Assembly: GCF_006345805.1 (NCBI RefSeq)
Contig: NW_021835712.1
Span: 1-38,647 of the forward strand
Direction of reading: 5' to 3'
Length of the DNA stretch: 38,647 nt
DNA from: Octopus sinensis
Lineage: Eukaryota
In this document: in pieces, positions 33,437 to 38,647 of the stretch
Position numbering within the stretch: the first letter of the stretch is position 1
Layout: every line of letters begins with the position of its first letter
Made by a program: the position numbers and the translations under genes
Notes under the pieces: generated by a model
Seen by the model: the letters and a program-made list of their open reading frames with translations, nothing else
What the model was told of the DNA's origin: nothing
Database searches by the model: none

Positions 33437-33800
33437 ATGGTTCTCAACTGGGGTCTGTATGACCCCAGGGAGTTCATGTAAGATTTTTAGGGGCCCAAAC
33501 AAGCAAAATAGTAAAAGGGGAGACCCACATTAGAATTTTAAGGGTCCATGAAAAAATTTTGCTTTCGATATATCTTTATTGTAGAAAACAACTAAGTTTC
33601 TTTCTAAACCGTTTTAAAGATGTTTCCAGCCATTGGTACTCTCTGGGAGTTCCATTGCAAATCTACACAAATGAATGGGTGAAAAACAAAAAAAGAAATT
33701 CGAAAGAGGAATCTGTGAAGCTAGTTTTTAAACATCAAATGGCTTATGGGGATCCACCAGAATAAACTAGTGGTCCGTAGGTTACCAAGTTCTACTGTAA
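33437..33800. mobile_element. Degenerate hAT/Charlie-like MITE
   Basis: Left end ATGGTTCTCAACTGGGGTC resembles the Charlie-type CAGTGGTTCTCAAC terminus; the right end is poorly preserved. Confidence 0.4.
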
Positions 33801-33829
33801 GCCTACCCTGGCACTTGTTATTTTCTTAT

Positions 33830-34200
33830 AAAGCCTGGTACTTATTCTGTCGGTCTGTTTTGATGAACTGCTAAGTTACGGGAACGAAGACACACAAATA
33901 CCGGTTATAAAGCGGTACTGAAAGGCGGCGAGCTGGCAGAAACGTTAGCACGCCGGGCGAAATGCTTAGCGGTATTTCGTCTGCGTTACGTTGTGAGTTC
34001 AAATTCCGCCGAGGTCGACTTTGCCTTTCATCCTTTCAGGGTCGATAAATTAAGTACCAGATACGCACTAGGGTCGACGTAATCGACTTAATCTCTTTGT
34101 CTGTCCTTGTTTGTCCCCTCTGTGTTTAGCCCCTTGTGGGTAATAAAGAAATAGGTTATAAAGCGGTACTGGGGGGGACAAAAAACACACATACACACAC
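33830..34200 (-). mobile_element. SINE A tail fragment, host of the nested SINE B
   Basis: GTACTTATTCTGTCGGTC..GCTAAGTTACGGG..CCGGTTATAAAGCGGTACTG|GGGGGGACAAA. Confidence 0.75.
33921..34153 (+). mobile_element. SINE B (tail 1) with an 18-bp target-site duplication
   Basis: GGTTATAAAGCGGTACTG at 33903-33920 and 34154-34171. Confidence 0.92.
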
Positions 34201-34209
34201 ACACAAACA

Positions 34210-34253
<44 letters not shown>

Positions 34254-34286
34254 ACACACACATATATATCTACAGCGGGAAAATTC

Positions 34287-34415
34287 TCTAGATTCATGGA
34301 CGAGTTCTTTCCAGCGGTCTTTGTCCCTCATCATTGCTGCCATGTCCCCTGTCTCCTAGGGATCAGTGTCTGGCCGTAGGGCATCAACATATGTCATCCT
34401 CAGTGTCCTTCCTCT
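34287..34415 (-). pseudogene. RTE-clade LINE ORF C-terminal remnant
   Basis: RGRTLRMTYVDALRPDTDP*ETGDMAAMMRDKDRWKELVHESR fits the GRP-T-YxD...DRxxWR end of RTE ORFs. Confidence 0.6.
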
Positions 34416-34709
34416 TGTGTACCTCTTCTAGTAGACATCTGTATCTACACACACACAATACACGCACGCACGCACACACACACACACACACATATATATA
34501 TGTGTGCGTGTGTGTGTGTGTGGTGTGTGTATTGTATATATATATATATATGTATATATATAATATATATATATATATATTATATATTAAATTAGAGACA
34601 AAACCACTATTAGGCAATCAAACAATGAAAAACTTAACCAATACATAAGATTATTTAATTTATATTATTTAAATATATAACAAAATTATTAAAAAAATAT
34701 AATTAATAT

Positions 34710-34777
34710 CACACTACGATCGTTTCATGCCTGCTAACTTCTTCAAATTTTTGAGTCGCAGTCATTCATCAGGTGGT
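34710..34777 (-). ncRNA. Type I hammerhead ribozyme candidate in a PLE-like fragment (~34590-34870)
   Basis: CAC CUGAUGA (34772-34766); stem II AUG-A-CUGC...GCAG-G-CAU; GAAAC (34726-34722); loop GAUC (palindromic ACGAUCGU); GUA (34717-34715); GUG. Confidence 0.62.
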
Positions 34778-34889
34778 TTAAATATTTATCTTGGCGAGGT
34801 TTAAACAATTTATATGTATATTGTATATGTATATATGTATATGTTGATTGCTTCATCTTGACTGATGATAGCCGTCCCATCAACACACA

Positions 34890-35384
34890 TCACACCTCCA
34901 CCACACAGCACAATCCCTCTGTTATTGAGTCCTCAGATGACTGACAGAGTTTAAAACAGAAGCGACAAATAATATTCAAGTTTCTTCTGTTTCTTCTGCC
35001 CTTTTGGAATCTCATTCTGAAGGAATGTTTTTGTGAACTAGCATATGTCTTTTTAAGACCAGATATTGTCTTACAAGTTTTGTGACATATGACACAAGTC
35101 GTAAGAGGTGGTTGGTGTCCAAGATCGTTACCTATCAGGGCATTACGATTTTTATGTGACTTCATATGATTCACGTATCCCGCTTTTGACAACAGAACAC
35201 GATCACACATAATACACACCCCATGTTCACTGTTGATTAGCGTTCCAATTGTTCCTTTGCGACAGGCCCTTTTAGGGTCAGATTGTTGAATCATCTTTTC
35301 CTCCCAGGCATAGCAACCGGTCCTGACAGCACCCCTCGACTTGTTCCGATCTGGAACATCAATTTCCCAATCACTTTTGATCAT
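34890..35384 (-). pseudogene. RTE-clade LINE C-terminus with up to three C2H2-type zinc fingers
   Basis: WEIDVPDRNKSRGAVRTGCYAWEEK..KRACRKG (RTE C-terminal pattern); CIMCDRVLLSKAGYVNHMKSH; CVICHKTCKTISGLK-(+1 fs)-RHMLVH; CRFCFKLC. Confidence 0.7.
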
Positions 35385-35401
35385 ATATATATATATATAT
35401 A

Positions 35402-35807
35402 TCTTTATATATAAAAGTAAAGTTGTGTGTCTGTCTCCTACGATTTAGATTCCTAACTACTCCCACATTTTGCGGTGCAGTTTAACCAAAACCGGGTATC
35501 TTATAGTTGTGATTCATATCGAGCCCTTCTGGGTATTAGTGCGCGTCTACGATGAGTCTACGATTTAAAAAAAATTTACCATCATTTTTTTCCATTTTAA
35601 TGCATTTTTTCGCTATTATATAAGGGAAGTAACTCTCTAAAAATGTCTACGATGAGTCAACGATTTAAAAAAAAAATTACCATAATTTTTTTTCCTTTTT
35701 TTTCATTTTTAATGCATTTTTTTGCTATGTTTTGGCTATAACTCTCTAAAAATGCTTATGTAGTTATTTCCCTTACAAACCCGAGCAACGCCGGGCGATG
35801 CTGCTAG
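35402..35807 (+). mobile_element. Non-autonomous Helitron
   Basis: A|TC start, GC-rich hairpin CCCGAGCAACGCCGGG (35780-35795), CTAG|T end, no TSD; internal ~100-bp duplication (GTCTACGATGAGTC). Confidence 0.88.
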
Positions 35808-35939
35808 TATATATATATATATATATATATGTAGTTGAAATTTATTTGACGTCTATCTTTAGCATATTAGGAATCCACTTTAGTGGTAATTCCTCTGATT
35901 AATTGTTATATATATGTATATATATGTATGTATTTGCTA

Positions 35940-36155
35940 TTTGTGTCTGTGTTCGTCACCCCTCCCCACATTGCTTGACAACCGATGCTGGTGCGTTTAC
36001 ATCTCCGTAACTTAGCGGCTCGGCAAAAGAAGTTCCGATAGAATAAGTACTAAGCTTACAAAGAATAAGTCCAGGGTTCGATTTGTTCGACTAAAGGTGG
36101 TGCTCCAGCATGGCCGCAGTCAAATGACTGAAACCAGTAAAAGAATAAAAGAATA
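35940..36155 (+). mobile_element. SINE A tail half (a separate - strand head fragment lies at ~36260-36381)
   Basis: TTGCTTGACAACCGATGCTGGTG..GCTCCAGCATGGCCGCAGTCAAATGACTGAAAC. Confidence 0.8.
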
Positions 36156-36619
36156 GACATATATATATGCGTATATATATACATGTGTATATATTTAACA
36201 ATATACATATATATCCATATGCATATATTTAATGATATACTTATGTATTTGATTGTCATGGGCTTCTTTCAGTTTCCGTCTATGAAATCCACAAGGCATT
36301 TGTTGGCTCGAAGCTATTGCCAAAGGCACTTACCCAAGGCGCTACGCAGTGAGACTGAACCACACAGCCATGCCTGCGCCTATATATTGAAAAAAAAAAT
36401 AATTAAATTTCATCTGAATTGGGATCGAACTCAGATCCCCCTGGTTGTAAATGGAACGTCTTAACCAAGCCGCCACCATGCTTTGTCGTCTGCCAGCAGT
36501 TTATAACTGAACAGGTTGATGGACGACATCTCAGTCGCTCACCTTCTGGCTAAATTTCTTTTTCTTTTCCGATGTTAAAGTGATTGCAGACAGAAGGAAG
36601 GTCGTGTTTATGTTTGCAG

Positions 36620-36674
36620 ATGGTGTGTGAATGTCCGGACAATGAAAATCTTCCTACACAAAATCTATACAACA
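36620..36674 (+). other. Candidate 55-nt host exon
   Basis: TTTATGTTTGCAG| acceptor and CAG|GTAAGA donor in non-repetitive DNA. Two frames are open (MVCECPDNENLPTQIYTT; WCVNVRTMKIFLHKSIQQ). No homology recognised. Confidence 0.35.
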
Positions 36675-36914
36675 GGTAAGACTATCCGGTCGTTAACCTG
36701 AAAAATATTTTCTCCGATAACCACTTCTATTAAAAACATTGGATTATTGAAAAAAAAAAAAAAATTATAAATCGTTGTGGAGGAAAAGAAAAGGGAGAGT
36801 ATGGGAATTCATTGTGTGGAGTCAACGTATGAAACGTCGCTGGGAAAGATCACTGAGAACCAAGGTAAAAAAAAACAAAAAAAACAACTGCAATCGGAGT
36901 TGAGTGATTTAGAA

Positions 36915-37031
36915 GTCTAGTACTTATTCTATCGGTCTCTTTTGCCGAACCGCTAAGTTACGGGGACGTCAACACACCAGAATCTGTTGTTAAGCGATGT
37001 TGGTGGAGGGACAAACAGACATACACACCAC

Positions 37032-37064
<33 letters not shown>

Positions 37065-37200
37065 TAAAGGTAGTACAATCGTGTGATCTTGAGTTCAGTC
37101 CCGTTGCGTGGCACCATGGGCAAATATCTTCTACTATTGTCCTGGGCCGACCAAACCTTGTGAGTGGATTTGGTTGACGGAAACTGAAAGAAGCCCATCA
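36915..37200. mobile_element. Two SINE A fragments in opposite orientation (36915-37030 -, 37085-37200 +)
   Basis: Both match parts of the family A consensus. Confidence 0.75.
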
Positions 37201-37361
37201 TATATCTACTTACATAGATACATACATACGTACAAACGTATGCATATAATCTCTCTCTTTCTCTGTATATATGTATGCATATATAAATATATATGTATGT
37301 ACGTATGTATATATATATATATATAATATATATATAATATATATATGTATGTAGCATATAT

Positions 37362-37392
<31 letters not shown>

Positions 37393-37506
37393 GTATGTAT
37401 GCATATATATATATAGTATATAATATATAATATATATATGTATGTATGCATATATATATATATATATATATATATACGTACATACATACAGGCATACATA
37501 CACATA

Positions 37507-37706
37507 CAGAGTGTCCACAAAAACACACCAACTGCGTTGCTGTGGGGTGGCGGCCATTTTGGATTTCCTTGCGTTCACATCAAATATGGTAAGTCACCTG
37601 AAAATGATAGAAAATATTCTTAGGGAATCTGTGGACACCGGATTTACCAATAAATTTGAATTACTTCAAATTGCGTCATGCAGTCAGTGTTTTTATGGAC
37701 ACCCAG
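37507..37706. mobile_element. Tc1/mariner-type MITE
   Basis: TA|CAGAGTGTCCACAAAAACAC ... GTGTTTTTATGGACACCCAG|TA: ~20-bp imperfect TIRs with TA flanks. Confidence 0.75.
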
Positions 37707-37800
37707 TATATATGTGTTTTATGCACACACACACCACACACACAGGCGTAGGAGTGGTTGTGTGGTAAGTAGCGGTCACCTTGTTGGCCACCTCACTCCA

Positions 37801-38647
37801 TTGAGAAAAATTGGAGTGAGGTGGCCAACAAGGTGACCGCTCTAACCCAGACCTGGTCTGGGCGGGCGTTATCCCTGCTAGGGAAGGCGGAGGTGGTGCA
37901 GATGTTTATAGCATCAGTAATCACCTACCGTCTGACCGTGGTGCCTTGCCCCGATTTGTGGCTGAACAAGTTGGAGAGAATCCTTTTCCGATTTTTGTGG
38001 AAAGGAGGAAAGCCACTTGTAAAGCGCTCTGTCTGCTGCCAGAAACCGCTAAAGGGTGGGCTAGGGATGCCTTGGTGAGGATGCGAAAACTCGCGTTAAG
38101 GTTGAGGCACCTCTGGCTTTACCTGGATGGAGAGCAGGTGTGGTCGCCGCACGTCCGGTTCTACCTTCCCCAGTTAACATCCCTAACGGACATCGGTGTA
38201 TGGATCAAGCGGAGACCTAAACTGAGTGAATGGCATTTGGAGTGCCGTCAGGCGCTCCAGCTACTATCTCGGGTGGGCAACGCCGGCAACGGGAGTTCCA
38301 CCACGGATTTCTATAGCGGGTTAGTGGAGATTAAGTCCGAAGACGCCTTGGGGAAGACCCTGGGCTACGATGAAAATCAGTTGGTCAACCTGTTCCGGAG
38401 GACGTTCGGGCCGGGGTATCTGGATAATTACCAGAAATCCCTAGCCTGGCAGTGTTTCCGTGCGGCTTTACCTGTTCGCGACAAGCTGTCAAGGCACGGT
38501 AGTGCCGTGTCGCCGACATGCCCGCGATGTGAGCAGGATAGGGAGACCGTCTTGCACGCATTCGTGGAGTGTCCGGAGTTATCGGGACTGATAGCTTTTG
38601 TTGAACAACTGTTGTCAGTGATGGGAAGAGTACAGCTATCAGCTGAG
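37801..38647 (+). mobile_element. L1/Tx1-clade LINE ORF2 C-terminal part, 5'-truncated, running off the window
   Basis: EKNWSEVANKVTALTQTWSGRALSLLGKAEVV..YRL..LFRFLWKG..KGGLGMPW, one frameshift at ~38076, then 189 open codons (38081-38647) with WQCFRAALPVRDKL and the CCHC knuckle C-PR-C-X8-H-X4-C. Confidence 0.92.

Noticed and set aside
36469-36513. Perfect Kozak sequence GCCGCCACCATG
   Set aside because: It is the reverse complement of a degenerate tRNA-like SINE head, and the ORF is only 11 codons.

Overview
Repeat-saturated, AT-rich eukaryotic DNA. The repeat families look like those of octopus (cephalopod) genomes; this is recognition from memory, not a database match. I find no complete host gene, true tRNA/rRNA gene or CRISPR array. 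The window is a mosaic of: tRNA-derived SINEs (my working labels A-D); non-LTR retrotransposon fragments (CR1/L2-group RT, a CR1 3' end, an L1/Tx1 ORF2 C-terminus, RTE C-termini, an REL-endonuclease remnant); DNA-transposon remnants (hAT, Tc1/mariner, Helitron, fold-back MITEs); and long microsatellites. Most listed ORFs are microsatellite or SINE artefacts. The most interesting signals are: (1) six type I hammerhead-ribozyme folds, which I folded by hand, in (TA)n-embedded fragments resembling Penelope-like element (PLE) repeats, including a 228-bp-arm inverted repeat with one hammerhead in each arm; (2) fold-back hairpins sitting at 5' truncation junctions of retroelements; (3) a LINE-like 3' end found twice inside (CTAT)n, whose last ~45 nt are shared with a SINE tail; (4) combinatorial SINE head/tail swapping. 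Boundaries marked ~ are approximate.
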